Positions 21,268-32,042 of a stretch of DNA of 64,000 bases are shown here, in pieces. The notes beneath the pieces were generated by a model that saw only the letters and a list, made by a program, of their open reading frames with translations, was not told the origin of the DNA and ran no database searches. The translations under genes and the position numbers were made by a program. Positions within the stretch are counted from its first letter, which is position 1. Every line of letters starts with the position of its first letter. Origin of the DNA: Terriglobia bacterium (lineage in GTDB: Bacteria; Acidobacteriota; Terriglobia; JAIQFV01); NCBI GenBank assembly GCA_028716525.1, contig JAQUPQ010000015.1, positions 1,237-65,236 of the forward strand, written 5' to 3'.

Positions 21268-24200
21268 ATGAAGGATTTGCATCGGCAGCGTTTTGTTCGC
21301 CTCTTAAGCGGCGTTGTATTAGCCGCTCTCTTCTTCCTACCCGCGCTGCAGAGGGCGCAGTCGACCGTATCGTCGGGGAGCATTCAAGGCACCATCAGTG
21401 ATCCCACGGGTGCTGTGGTCCCGGGCGCGGTCATTAAGATCACCAACGCCGCGACCTCGCAATCTATTGCAGTGAGCAGCAGCAGCACGGGTACCTACAA
21501 CTCCGGCGCTTTGTTGCCGGGCAGTTACACCGTGCGCGTCACAGCGAAGGGATTCAAAACTTCCGAAGCCACGGTGTCGGTTCAGGTCGGTGTCACCACA
21601 CCCGCCAATGTAACCCTGCAGCTGGGTGCGGAGAGCACGGTGGTTTCCGTGGAGGAATCCGCTAACGTGGTGAATACCGAACAAGCCTCGGTTCAGGGTG
21701 TGATGACCACTCAACAGATCGAAAATCTTCCTATTGGCGGGCGCAATTTCCTCGATCTGGCGCAGTTGCAACCGGGCGTACAAATTCAGGACGGATCGAA
21801 TTTCGATCCCACCAAGAACGGATTTCAATCCATTTCATTCGGCGGAAGATTCGGACGCACCGCCCGCATTGAAGTCGATGGCGTGGACATCAGCGACGAA
21901 ACCGTCGGCACCACCACGCAAAACATCCCCGCCAGCGGCATTCAAGAATTTCAGGTGGGGCAATCGACCCTGGATCTGTCGACCGAGCTGACCTCTTCCG
22001 GCGCCGTCAACGTGGTCACGCGTTCCGGCAGCAACCAGCTTCACGGGGAATTCTTTGACGTCTATCGGAACGACAACTTTGCGGCCCGCTTGTCCAATCA
22101 GCCGACCCCCTTCGACCGCGAGCAATTCGGCGCGCGCATTGGCGGACCCTTCATCAAAGACAAACTCTTTTTCTTTATGGACTACGAACGCACGATTCAG
22201 GACCAGGCCGCCCCGGCCGCACTGACCGCTCCCTTTTCCGGTTTCGACACGGGAATCAACTCGCCGTTTCATGAAAGCGAATTGTTGGGGCGCCTCGACT
22301 GGCAGATCAAGCCCGACATGCGGGCCTTCTATCGATGGACCTACGATCAGAACGACAGCTTCGTGCCCTTCATTCCGAACACTTTTTCGTTGTTCCGCAA
22401 CCGCGACAACACACCCGTTCAGGCGGCCGGACTGGATTTTAATACCGGCTCCTTCACGCACAGCATCCGGTTTGGATACACCCGTTTCCGCAATGCCATC
22501 GCGGACGCGAGTTTCAGTCTGCCCAATCCGGCGCCGGGCGTGGAACTGGCTATCGGCAACGACCCCTTCTGCCTGACGGCAGGGGCGGATCAATTCTGCT
22601 CCGGTCCCAATATTCTGGCCCCGCAACAAACCTTGCAGCACAACACGCAGATTAAGTACGACGGCAGCAAGGTGTTCCACTCCCACATTTTCCGTTACGG
22701 CGTCAGCCTGAACCACATTCTGGGCGGCGGCTTTGCAAACTTCTTCGGCTTGGCTCCGCCGGCCAGTTCCCAACTGACGGCGGCGACCGAAGCCTTTGCC
22801 GCCAGTGGCCCTCTGGCCGGAGGCGCCAGCAATCCGGCTAATTACCCTGCACAGTTTGTGCTGCTGGGAAACGGCCAAGGATTCTTCTCGGAAATTCCGC
22901 AATTTGGTCTTCCGGCGGGCGGGCAATATGATAATCGGTTTGCCTGGTATTTCGGCGACACTTGGAAGGTGCGGCCGAATCTGACCCTGACCTACGGAAT
23001 CCGCTATGACCGCGACACCGGCCGATCCGACAGCGATCTTCCGGCCGTAGCAGCGCTCAATCAGCTCGCGCCCGGCCTCGGAAATCCGGTCCATCAGCCC
23101 AACAGGAACTTCGCGCCTCAAGCGGGTATCGCTTGGGATCCTTGGAACAATGGAAAGACGGTCTTTCGCGCGGGAATCGGGCTCTACTATGAGAACGCGA
23201 TTTTCAACAACGTCTTGTTCGACCGTCCCGGGCGCCTCACCAAGGGATTGTTCAACGGGACGGCCTTAGCTTGCTTGGACAGTCAAGCTGTTCCTGTCAC
23301 ATTTCCGAACGGAACCACGGTGACCCCGGCGTTCTGCGGCCAGCCCATCGGATCAGTCGCCAGCCAGATCGCGGCGTTGCAATCCCAATTCCAAGCCGCC
23401 GTGGCGGCCGCGGGCCCGCAAAGCAACGGCAGCTTCTTTGGAAACGCTATGGCCGCCGGAAGCTTAGTCAACGGCGTGACTTTCTTCTCCCCCGATTATC
23501 GCTCTCCTTACTCCGTGCAAATGAACGTGGGAGTTGAACATCAATTGGGGAAAGGCATCGTCATCTCGGCCGACTATCTGAGAAACGTGGGATTGCACTA
23601 TCTGGTCGCCTATGATGTGAACCACACGGGCGACGCCCGGTTTTTGAATAAAGGAGCCGCTGTCGCAGCGATTACCGCCACCAACGCCGCGTTTGGATGC
23701 CCGCCGGGACAGGCCGGCATCACTTGCGCCATCAACAATGGAGCGACCATCGCCGACTACGCCGGAAACGGATTGACCTCCACGGCGGAATTTTCCGGAG
23801 GCTTTCCTGCACCTGGAAGTATCGCCTTCGGTGGAATCAATCCCAATTTCGGCGAAGTCTTCATGAACTTTCCGATCGGCCGTTCCGTCTACAACGCCCT
23901 GCAGATTTCCTTGCGGATGAACCGGGCGCATCCGCTGCCGTTCGTCCGTAACGCCAACCTTCAGGTGTCCTATTCCTTGTCACGATTCAACAGCATGGTA
24001 CGTGACCAGGATTTCGTGAACAATGCCATCGACAACAACAATGTGAACGGATTCTTCGGTCCGAATTCCCTGGATCGCACCAGCCAGTTGTCGTACGGAG
24101 GAACATTGGATCTTCCGGGCGCACTGCGGGCCAGTTTCATTTCCCACATCTACTCGCCGTTGTCCACCACCTTGACAGTTGCTCCGGTAGGAACGGGCGG

Positions 24201-24756
24201 CGAAATTTTCATGACGGATTTTACGGGCGACGGCACGATAGGTGATGTCATACCCGGAACCAACGTCGGCGCCTTCGGGCGAGGCATCGATTCGGGCAAC
24301 ATCAACAGCTTCATCAGTGCCTACAACAGCCAATTCGCCGGCAAGCTCACGCCCGCCGGCCAGGCCTTGGTCAGTTCCGGCCTATTCACTCAGGCGCAAT
24401 TGATTGCCTTGGGCGCCGTTGCTCCCACGGTGCCGTTGGCCCCGGCAAACCAGGTGAATCTGAGCTGGCTCACGACTTTCGATTTCCGCTTGGGTTGGGA
24501 ATTGAAGCCGCATCGGGTGATGGACCGCATTCCGGAAGGCGTGGTCGTGGAGCCCAGTGTTTCAATTTACAATCTGTTCAACTTTGCCAACTTTGACGGA
24601 CCCAGCAACCCCATGAGCGGGCAGTTGAACGGATCAGCCGGTTCGGTGAACGGAACTACACCCGGGGATCGCACCAACCGCATCGGATTGGGTTCGGGTG
24701 TGTTCGGCCTGGGCGCCCCGAGACAGTTTGAATTCGGGGTCAAAGTCACTTTCTAG
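21268..24756 (+). CDS. TonB-dependent receptor with N-terminal carboxypeptidase-regulatory-like domain (Acidobacteria-type)
   Basis: AGGAGG RBS then ATG at 21268, signal peptide, CarboxypepD_reg domain (GTISDPTGAVVPGAVIKITN...GSYTVRV), TonB plug (NxxxLPIGGRNFLDLAQLQPGV) and about 900-aa barrel ending in aromatic F. The upstream 58 codons of the ORF are not part of the protein. Confidence 0.85.
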   Translation: MKDLHRQRFVRLLSGVVLAALFFLPALQRAQSTVSSGSIQGTISDPTGAVVPGAVIKITNAATSQSIAVSSSSTGTYNSGALLPGSYTVRVTAKGFKTSEATVSVQVGVTTPANVTLQLGAESTVVSVEESANVVNTEQASVQGVMTTQQIENLPIGGRNFLDLAQLQPGVQIQDGSNFDPTKNGFQSISFGGRFGRTARIEVDGVDISDETVGTTTQNIPASGIQEFQVGQSTLDLSTELTSSGAVNVVTRSGSNQLHGEFFDVYRNDNFAARLSNQPTPFDREQFGARIGGPFIKDKLFFFMDYERTIQDQAAPAALTAPFSGFDTGINSPFHESELLGRLDWQIKPDMRAFYRWTYDQNDSFVPFIPNTFSLFRNRDNTPVQAAGLDFNTGSFTHSIRFGYTRFRNAIADASFSLPNPAPGVELAIGNDPFCLTAGADQFCSGPNILAPQQTLQHNTQIKYDGSKVFHSHIFRYGVSLNHILGGGFANFFGLAPPASSQLTAATEAFAASGPLAGGASNPANYPAQFVLLGNGQGFFSEIPQFGLPAGGQYDNRFAWYFGDTWKVRPNLTLTYGIRYDRDTGRSDSDLPAVAALNQLAPGLGNPVHQPNRNFAPQAGIAWDPWNNGKTVFRAGIGLYYENAIFNNVLFDRPGRLTKGLFNGTALACLDSQAVPVTFPNGTTVTPAFCGQPIGSVASQIAALQSQFQAAVAAAGPQSNGSFFGNAMAAGSLVNGVTFFSPDYRSPYSVQMNVGVEHQLGKGIVISADYLRNVGLHYLVAYDVNHTGDARFLNKGAAVAAITATNAAFGCPPGQAGITCAINNGATIADYAGNGLTSTAEFSGGFPAPGSIAFGGINPNFGEVFMNFPIGRSVYNALQISLRMNRAHPLPFVRNANLQVSYSLSRFNSMVRDQDFVNNAIDNNNVNGFFGPNSLDRTSQLSYGGTLDLPGALRASFISHIYSPLSTTLTVAPVGTGGEIFMTDFTGDGTIGDVIPGTNVGAFGRGIDSGNINSFISAYNSQFAGKLTPAGQALVSSGLFTQAQLIALGAVAPTVPLAPANQVNLSWLTTFDFRLGWELKPHRVMDRIPEGVVVEPSVSIYNLFNFANFDGPSNPMSGQLNGSAGSVNGTTPGDRTNRIGLGSGVFGLGAPRQFEFGVKVTF

Positions 24757-24827
24757 GAGGGCTAAGTTCTGACCTTATGGACGAACTGGAGGCCACCAGT
24801 TCCACTTAAGGTTGATGAACCTCTCTC

Positions 24828-24860
24828 GCGGCGGAGTTGAAACACTCCGCCGCTTTTTTT
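24828..24860 (+). terminator. Rho-independent terminator after the TonB-dependent receptor gene
   Basis: 10-bp stem GCGGCGGAGT/ACTCCGCCGC, 6-nt loop, then TTTTTTT. Confidence 0.75.
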
Positions 24861-25247
24861 ATGGCTGAAACTCTTCGGTAGTAACTCAAGTGGCCCGTCG
24901 GTCAAGCTGAAGTCGCCGCGGAGCGGCGTAATCGAGTAGCCTGGGGTGGGGGCTGGCCTTAGAGCCTCCACCCCAGGTAAGAGAGCTCTTCATGGAGGGC
25001 AATTGTGCCGCCCTGTCAGGGCTGACGGGGGTGGTCCATAGGGAGAAGAGATGACGACCCTCTTCCTTGGGTCGCGGGCTCCAATAAAGCTGGAGCTCCG
25101 CGGCCAAGTTGGCGCTACGGCAAGAGGATCTCACATCGAGCCCCCCCTTCCCTTCCATTTGCTTCTCGTCCACCTCCCCTTCCGGTATAATTGATCGCAC
25201 CCCAAGGAAGCGGTAGTTTTCGAATTTCAGTTTCGCGGAGATCGGGC

Positions 25248-26390
25248 ATGACACTGGAAGCATTTTCGCTGGTGCTGATTGTTCTTCTCGCCCTGGTCGG
25301 TCTGGCGATCTATTTTCGGTCCCAGATTCGAGGGTTGCAACACTCCGGCGACGCCACCCCGGCCCTGCAGATCATGCAGCAACAGATCGACGCCCTGCGG
25401 GCCCAACTGCAGGAATCTCTCAACGCCAACGCCCAACAGATCTCCCGACAAATGGCACAGACGATCGACACCGTGGGCAACGGCTTGAATCAAATCACCT
25501 CCCAGTTGCAAACCTCTCAAAGCGCCATCGGCCAACGGCTCGATCACGCCGCCCGGGTGGTGGGCGAGGTTCAGAATAAACTGGGGGTCATGGAAGAATC
25601 CTCCAAACGCATTTTCGACATCGGCAAAGACCTGGCGGAATTGCAGAACATCCTGCGGGCGCCCAAACTGCGCGGAGGATTGGGTGAGCTGTTCCTCGAA
25701 GACCTGTTGCGACAGATCTTTCCCCCGCAATACTTCGAAATGCAATACACCTTCAAAAGCGGTGAACGCGTGGACGCCGCATTGCGCCTCATGAACGGGC
25801 TGGTACCCATCGATTCGAAGTTTCCTCTGGAAAGCTTCAAACGCATCAGCGAGGCCGGCTCGGATGATGAACGCCGCACCGCCCGCCGGTCGTTCAATAC
25901 CGACGTCAAAAAGCATATCGAAGCGATTGCCAAGAAATACATTCTGCCGGAGGAAGGCACGTTCGACTTCGCTTTGATGTACATTCCGGCCGAGAACGTC
26001 TACTACGAAACCATCATCAAAGACGAAACCTTCGGCGAAGAACACAGCATTGCGCATTATGCCCTGATCCGCCACGTCGTTCCCGTCTCCCCCAACAGTT
26101 TTTATGCTTATCTGCAAGCCATCCTGCTGGGGCTTCGGGGATTGCACGTCGAAGAAAGCGCCCACCAGATCATTCGCACCCTGCAGCAACTGCAGGGCGA
26201 TTTTGACAAGTTCTCAGAAACCTTCGGGTTGCTCGGCAAACATCTGAATTTTGCGCAATCCAATTTTTCCGAGGGCGAGAAGCGCCTGGAAAAACTGCAG
26301 ACCAAGTTGAGTCAGACGCTTCCCGATAAAGAAGCCGCCGAACTCGCGCCCGAGGCGCCCGTGGGCGCAAAAACGCTGTCTGATTCTTAA
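25248..26390 (+). CDS. rmuC: DNA recombination protein RmuC
   Basis: N-terminal TM helix, long Q-rich coiled coil, C-terminal RmuC domain (MYIPAENVYYE, ...SPNSFYAYLQAI). Start at the Met at 25248. Confidence 0.85.
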   Translation: MTLEAFSLVLIVLLALVGLAIYFRSQIRGLQHSGDATPALQIMQQQIDALRAQLQESLNANAQQISRQMAQTIDTVGNGLNQITSQLQTSQSAIGQRLDHAARVVGEVQNKLGVMEESSKRIFDIGKDLAELQNILRAPKLRGGLGELFLEDLLRQIFPPQYFEMQYTFKSGERVDAALRLMNGLVPIDSKFPLESFKRISEAGSDDERRTARRSFNTDVKKHIEAIAKKYILPEEGTFDFALMYIPAENVYYETIIKDETFGEEHSIAHYALIRHVVPVSPNSFYAYLQAILLGLRGLHVEESAHQIIRTLQQLQGDFDKFSETFGLLGKHLNFAQSNFSEGEKRLEKLQTKLSQTLPDKEAAELAPEAPVGAKTLSDS

Positions 26391-26529
26391 ACAGCCGGAA
26401 AAATAATGAGGAATTCAGGAGACCAGATATTTAACGATCAAATCTCCCCAGCACGCCGTCCCGGAGATGTACTTTGGGGCCTCATGGTTTCCTTATTGAA
26501 ATCTTTTTGACCGCCAAGGAGGCACTCCC

Positions 26530-26964
26530 ATGAAACGCATCGGTGAAATCGTGGCGAACCGGGAAGTTTATTTCGTACGGGAAGGACAAACGGTGATGGA
26601 AGCGGCGCGCTACATGGCCGAAAAAAATATCGGCGCCGTCCTGGTGCTGGGAACCGACCGCATGACCGGCATTTTCTCGGAACGCGACGTGATCAAACGC
26701 GTGTTAAGCGCCGGCTTGGATCCGGAGCACACCCGCATCGAACAGGTCATGACGCATGAAATGGTCACGGCCGATGCGGATGATTCTTATGAAGACTGCC
26801 TCCGCAAAATGAAACAAATGAGTATCCGGCACCTGCCGGTGCTGGAGAAAGGCACACTGCAGGGCCTGGTTTCATTGCGTGACTTGTTGCTGGTGGATCT
26901 GGACGAAAAAGATCACGAACTGAAGATGATGACTGCCTATATCCACTATGTGCCGCCCCGATGA
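26530..26964 (+). CDS. CBS domain-pair protein
   Basis: Two CBS motifs (...VYFVREGQTVMEAARYMAEKNIGAVLV... and ...HEMVTADADDSYEDCLRKMKQMSIRHLPVLE...). Confidence 0.75.
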   Translation: MKRIGEIVANREVYFVREGQTVMEAARYMAEKNIGAVLVLGTDRMTGIFSERDVIKRVLSAGLDPEHTRIEQVMTHEMVTADADDSYEDCLRKMKQMSIRHLPVLEKGTLQGLVSLRDLLLVDLDEKDHELKMMTAYIHYVPPR

Positions 26965-27065
26965 TCGCGGGCGGCTTCGCCTTCCGAGCGCCGCGGAAAT
27001 CATCCGGGAGAACTGAGGATTTCCCTTCAACCTGAGATCTCAGGCCCTCGTCCATACCCTTCCCC

Positions 27066-27821
27066 ATGAAATTGATCGCCCATCGCGGAGATTCGGCCCA
27101 CGCCCCGGAAAACACCCTGGAAGCTTTTCGCCGGGCTATTCGATGCGGCGCCCCAGCCGTGGAATGCGATCTGCAGCGAACGCGCGACGGCCAGTGGACG
27201 GTCCTTCACGACGCCATCCTGGGCCGCACCACCAATGGACGGGGACTGGTCCGAAGAAAATCGGCGGCCGAGTTGCGCCGGCTTTCCGCGGGATATCGAA
27301 GAAAATTCGGGGACAAATTTTTAACCGAACCTATCCCCACTTTCGAGGATTTGTTGCGCCTGCTGCAGCCCTGGGGCGTTCATCTCTACGCCGAAATTAA
27401 ACGGGAAGCGCTGTGGGGAAGATCGAAGTATCTGGAATCTCTCGTGACCCCGGTCGATGTCCATAAAATGATCTCCAACCTGACCTTCATTTCCTTTGAC
27501 TGGCGGGCCTTGAAAGCTCTGCACACATTGAATTCCAACTTGAGTTTGGGGCTGCTGTTTGAACACCACCAACCCCGCAGGCTTTTTGCTGCGGCCGAGA
27601 GAATTGGGGCGAAAATCCTGATCGGGCACGTGGGCGTGGTGGAACGGCATCCCGATCTGGTGACTTGGGCTCATCAGTTGGGGACCCCCGTGGGCGTATA
27701 TACGGTCGATTCGCTCGAACGCCTGAGAAAACTGGAACGCCTCGGCATTGATGCTGCAGCGACCAACCGGATTTGCGAATTCCAAAGATTTTTCAATCGC
27801 AGCGCGCTTCCCCGACGATAA
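27066..27821 (+). CDS. Glycerophosphodiester phosphodiesterase family protein
   Basis: MKLIAHRGDSAHAPENTLEAF...ECDLQRTRDGQWTVLHD: GDPD catalytic His/Glu motifs. Confidence 0.85.
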   Translation: MKLIAHRGDSAHAPENTLEAFRRAIRCGAPAVECDLQRTRDGQWTVLHDAILGRTTNGRGLVRRKSAAELRRLSAGYRRKFGDKFLTEPIPTFEDLLRLLQPWGVHLYAEIKREALWGRSKYLESLVTPVDVHKMISNLTFISFDWRALKALHTLNSNLSLGLLFEHHQPRRLFAAAERIGAKILIGHVGVVERHPDLVTWAHQLGTPVGVYTVDSLERLRKLERLGIDAAATNRICEFQRFFNRSALPRR

Positions 27822-27912
27822 AAATGTTTCCTGCAACTGGGATGAAAAAGAATGTTATGGTACCCTTGCTTCAGTACTCTCCTGATTCGGTTTCCCCCCG
27901 CCAAGGAGAAGG

Positions 27913-29607
27913 ATGAGACCTGTCCCGATGAAAAAATTTGAGGTTTTTTTTGACAGATTTCTTGCGGACTACTATGCCGCTCACCCCGATGTTGCAACCC
28001 ACTGTGGGTTTCACGATTTCGACTCGCAACTTCCCGATTTCAGTTGCGCCGGAATTTCTCGAGATGTGACACGCCTCCGGAGTGCCCTTTCTCAATTAAA
28101 ACGCCTGAGGCCTTCGCGGCAGCCTGGAAAACCTGACGCGGTTTCTCCGCAGTTCAACCTGGATTTGCAGCTAACCCAACAAACCTTGGAGGCGGCTTTA
28201 TTCAATCAGGAGATCCTACGCCCCTGGGAATGGAATCCGAATTTTTATAACGAACGCCTTTTTCAGGCTATTTTTCTGCTTATTCGACGGGATTTCGCTC
28301 CCCTGGAGCGGCGTGTCCAATCGCTGATTGAGCGGGAGCGTCAAATCCCGGATGTGCTCCGGGCTGCCGAGAAGCAGTTGAAAAATGTTCCCCAAATGGT
28401 GGCCCGCCTGGCCGTGGCGCACTGCGATGGAACCATCAACTTCTTGAAACACTCTTTACCACGCTCCGTGCACGCCCTGAAAAATCCCGAATGGAAGGCC
28501 CGCTTTGAAACAGCCAATGCCGGGGCTGTGGCGGCGTTTCAGCGGTACGGTGGTTTCATTCGTGAAAGGCTTCTTCCCAAGGGTCGAACCTCCTTTGCCT
28601 TGGGAGAAGATCTGTACTGCCGCAAACTCGCCGTGGATGAACTCGTGGAACTGCCTCTGGATTTTCTCCTGGCCCAGGCCGAGGGTTCGCTCGAAGAGCA
28701 TGAAGAAGAAATGAAGCGCGTCGGCGCTTTGATTCATCCGCGCCGGAAACCGGACCAGATTTTGGAAAACATGACCGCCGATCACCCGGGCGCCGGCCGG
28801 TTGATCGCATCGACAACCGGAGTGTTGAACCGGCTGCGGACGTTTCTTCGAACTCACAACATCGTTTCGTTGCCACCCTCGAAGCACAAGCCACACGACA
28901 ACTGTACGGTGGAAGAAAGCCCCGAATGCCTGCGGGAGTTGACTTTTGCTTCTCTCGACATTCCGGGCCCGTTTGAGCGCAAGGCGAATGACTATTATTA
29001 CTATGTCACGCTGCCGGATCCGCGTTGGACCCGGGCACAACAGGAACAACATCTGCGTTTTTTCTCCCGGCATCTCATTTTGACGACCTCCATCCACGAA
29101 GCCTACCCCGGTCACTTGGTGCATTTCCGCTGGGTGAACCGGCATCCTTCCAAAGCGCGCCGCATGTTCGGGGCCATCTCCCATGTGGAAGGCTGGGCTC
29201 ATTACTGCGAACAGATGATGATCGAAGAGGGATTCGGTAACAGCGATCCCCTTCTGCACCTGGCGCAACTTCACGAAGCCCAAATGCGGTTGTGCCGCTT
29301 CATCGCCGGCATCCGGATGCATACCCGGGGAATGACTTTCGAACAAGCCAAGAACCTCTTCATTCGAGGCGCCCACACCCAGCCCCTCAACGCCGAACGC
29401 GAGGCCAAGCGCGGCATCGTCGATCCTACTTACATCGTTTACACCCTCGGCAAAATGCAATTCCTGCGGTTGCGCGAAGATCTCCAAAAAAAGTGGGGAC
29501 CAAAATTCTCGCTCAAGAGGTTTCACAACAACTGCATTCAAAACGGATTTCCTCCGATCCCGCTGCTGCGCGAATTGTTGCTGAATGATCGGCGCGCAGT
29601 GGTGTGA
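27913..29607 (+). CDS. DUF885-family protein (putative metallo-hydrolase)
   Basis: About 560 aa with conserved HEAYPGHLVHF and YYYYVTLPDP-like segments typical of DUF885. Assignment from motif memory only. Confidence 0.5.
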   Translation: MRPVPMKKFEVFFDRFLADYYAAHPDVATHCGFHDFDSQLPDFSCAGISRDVTRLRSALSQLKRLRPSRQPGKPDAVSPQFNLDLQLTQQTLEAALFNQEILRPWEWNPNFYNERLFQAIFLLIRRDFAPLERRVQSLIERERQIPDVLRAAEKQLKNVPQMVARLAVAHCDGTINFLKHSLPRSVHALKNPEWKARFETANAGAVAAFQRYGGFIRERLLPKGRTSFALGEDLYCRKLAVDELVELPLDFLLAQAEGSLEEHEEEMKRVGALIHPRRKPDQILENMTADHPGAGRLIASTTGVLNRLRTFLRTHNIVSLPPSKHKPHDNCTVEESPECLRELTFASLDIPGPFERKANDYYYYVTLPDPRWTRAQQEQHLRFFSRHLILTTSIHEAYPGHLVHFRWVNRHPSKARRMFGAISHVEGWAHYCEQMMIEEGFGNSDPLLHLAQLHEAQMRLCRFIAGIRMHTRGMTFEQAKNLFIRGAHTQPLNAEREAKRGIVDPTYIVYTLGKMQFLRLREDLQKKWGPKFSLKRFHNNCIQNGFPPIPLLRELLLNDRRAVV

Positions 29608-30015
29608 CCAATCTTTGGTTTCCTCCCCGACCATAGATTCGGCCAGTCTCCGCGGACCCTCCGCGTCCTTTGCGCCTCGGCGGTGAAGGACCTAGTTTGT
29701 GACATGAACTGGTTAGCCCCCTCAACATCGCATCAGACAGATTGACAAACCCCAACCGAAAATGGCAGAATCCCTGCCGTATCCTAAAAGAAGAGACATT
29801 CTTAAATCATAAGCTTTCTTAAGATTTATGGCGTGAGGACTTACGCTAGCGCCGCGATCAGCACGCGGGAGGGGAGTTTTTCCTAATAACACCCTCTTGC
29901 CGATATTGGGGGGCCGTTCATCGCGTGATGCACAAGTGTCCAAAAGATTGCTGCAATGACATTCGAAGCCAAGTTGCAAATTTCGTGAATTTCACCAACT
30001 AACACAGGAGATAAC

Positions 30016-31461
30016 ATGAACAAGAAATGGTTCGTCTGCATTATCACGGGCGTTGTGCTCAGCCTGACCCTTTCGGCGACAGCTCCCGCCCAAAACTGCA
30101 AAATCGATGGATTCAACTCCGTTCGCGCGGGCAACGGATGGAGTTTTACCGACGGTACGTTCTTGGCGCCCCTTCGGGCCTTGTTGACCAGCACTACCTA
30201 CTTTGACGCCACCGCGGGCGCCGTTCCGTTCGGCATCACCATTCTGGCGGGACAAACCACGGTGACCGGTGCCTCGCTCACATTTCCAGCCAGCACCGTT
30301 TTCGCAACCGGATGGATTCCGACCTCTTCCTACACGGGCGCGGAAAAAACGGCCATCTTGGCCTATGTCATGGCTGGCGGCAATTTTCTGGGAACCTTCG
30401 ACGATACCGGGCATACCGCCTCCGACATTTTCGGGGTCACAACCATCGACTTTGGGGGGTCGGCTAATCTCACCATTAAGGATAGAAACCATTCCATCAT
30501 GGACGGTCCTTTTGGGGGTGTGGAGACCCTCATCAACGCCGGCGCTTATAGCCAATTTTCGGTGCTTCCCGGGAGCACGGCGCAGATCTTAGCCGCGAAC
30601 CAGACAGGCACAAATCCTTTTGAGGCGACTGTCCTTGTCTTTGACAATAATGCATTGGGCCCCGGATCAGGTCGGGTCGTGCTGATTAACGATACCAACT
30701 TCGGCTCTGTATCAGATGGTGGTGGCGACGACAACGTGATGATCCTCAACACCTTCGCTTTCCTTTGCGGCGCTCCCGGTACGCGGGGCGGCAACACTTT
30801 CTATTTTCCCCAGACAGCCCAGAATCAGGGATTCTCCACCCGCATGATTGCTACGAGCGCGTTCAATTCCAGCTCGGTTCCGGTAAGCATCAATTTTTTC
30901 AGTAACACTGGAGTTGCGACCGGAAATTGCGGCACAACAACTGTGGGCGGGTCATCCACGTTCGCCGGTTGCAATTTAGGTAATTCCCAAACCTCACCGA
31001 TTGTCACGGGTTGGGCTCGGACACGAAGCAGCGATCGGAACAACTATTTCGCAACGGAGAGTTTTCTCTTGTCCGATCCTTCGGGCAACCCTCAGAGTGT
31101 TGTGGGAGTTCCTGCTGCCTCGCCAGGCCACAACTTTACCCTTACAGGAATCATCGGGCCGAACAATGACTTGGGCGTGGCCATCCTGGCGCTGCCGACC
31201 AACAGCGCGGTCGCAAACATTACGGTCAAAGCGTTCGACGGGACCGGAACGCAAATCGGCGCGACCGGGAACTTGACCCTAAACCCCGGAAATCAGACGG
31301 CCGCGTTTGCCTCGCAGGCGCCGTTCAATGTTCCTCGAGCCACCTTCCAAGGGATCTCGGTCACCATTTCAAGCGATCAACAAATTGGCGTCTTAGCTTT
31401 GGGAGACGCCGAACCGGGCGCGCGGCTCTTCGGGACTCCAACTTTTGGCGGCCGAAAATAA
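30016..31461 (+). CDS. Secreted hypothetical protein, paralog A of a tandem pair (unknown function)
   Basis: Signal peptide (MNKKWFVCIITGVVLSLTLSATAPAQN). Clearly homologous to ORF 32043..33599 over its whole length (GFNxxRxxxGxSxxDG..., TGWxxTSSYTxxEKTxIL, NxALGPxSGRVVxxNDxxxx, YFPQxAxNxGFST, GWAxxRSDxxxxFxxExFxxSDxSGNP, GxLGPxxDxGxAxLALPT). No confident known domain. Confidence 0.7.
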   Translation: MNKKWFVCIITGVVLSLTLSATAPAQNCKIDGFNSVRAGNGWSFTDGTFLAPLRALLTSTTYFDATAGAVPFGITILAGQTTVTGASLTFPASTVFATGWIPTSSYTGAEKTAILAYVMAGGNFLGTFDDTGHTASDIFGVTTIDFGGSANLTIKDRNHSIMDGPFGGVETLINAGAYSQFSVLPGSTAQILAANQTGTNPFEATVLVFDNNALGPGSGRVVLINDTNFGSVSDGGGDDNVMILNTFAFLCGAPGTRGGNTFYFPQTAQNQGFSTRMIATSAFNSSSVPVSINFFSNTGVATGNCGTTTVGGSSTFAGCNLGNSQTSPIVTGWARTRSSDRNNYFATESFLLSDPSGNPQSVVGVPAASPGHNFTLTGIIGPNNDLGVAILALPTNSAVANITVKAFDGTGTQIGATGNLTLNPGNQTAAFASQAPFNVPRATFQGISVTISSDQQIGVLALGDAEPGARLFGTPTFGGRK

Positions 31462-31530
31462 AAAATCGGACGATCCAAATTAATCAGTGCCGTTCGCGAT
31501 GAGATGCGGTCGGCCAATGACAATAACCTC

Positions 31531-31567
31531 GGGCGCTGAGCAAATTGACTGTCAGCGCCCCTTTTTT
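31531..31567 (+). terminator. Rho-independent terminator after secreted paralog A
   Basis: Stem GGGCGCTGA/TCAGCGCCC with a 12-nt loop, followed by CTTTTTT. Confidence 0.7.
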
Positions 31568-32042
31568 GTCATGGATCCACCACGTTCCATCGCAATACGA
31601 TATTTGACTTCACTTCTTCTCTCGTGAGAGAATCTCTCGTCCATAAGCTGCAGTTGGTTCTTATCCCGAATTCAACAACTTTCATAATGATTGGGTAGCA
31701 GCCTTCGAGCGAGATGAACGGTTCATGCAACGGAGGCAGCCGGCGCTTGAAGAGGCATGTGGTGGGTCACCATCACTGCATTTTGAGGCGGAGCAACGCG
31801 TCTCTTGATGGGTTGCGGCAAGCGTGGGCTTGTGGGCCATGCTGGAGCAGGGTGCGTGGCCGTCAGTTTCATACACGTTCTTGATTGAGAATCATCCTGG
31901 TTGATGGGGGTTCTTATTTTGCGGTTCTCTTCATTCGGTTTCATGCATCGGTGTTTTCAGACGTCCAGGAAAGATCAAGCTCTTTCGAGGGCAGTTGGCT
32001 TGACCTGAAGGCAATTGGAGAATCCCAAACCCAGGAGGGAAC

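Noticed and set aside
24861-25247. RNase P RNA or tmRNA in the ORF-free structured region
   Set aside because: Conserved RNase P blocks (GGAAAGUCCGGGCUCC, ACAGAACCCGGCUUA) and tmRNA tRNA-like ends/tag reading frame are not recognisable on either strand. Kept only as an unassigned structured leader.
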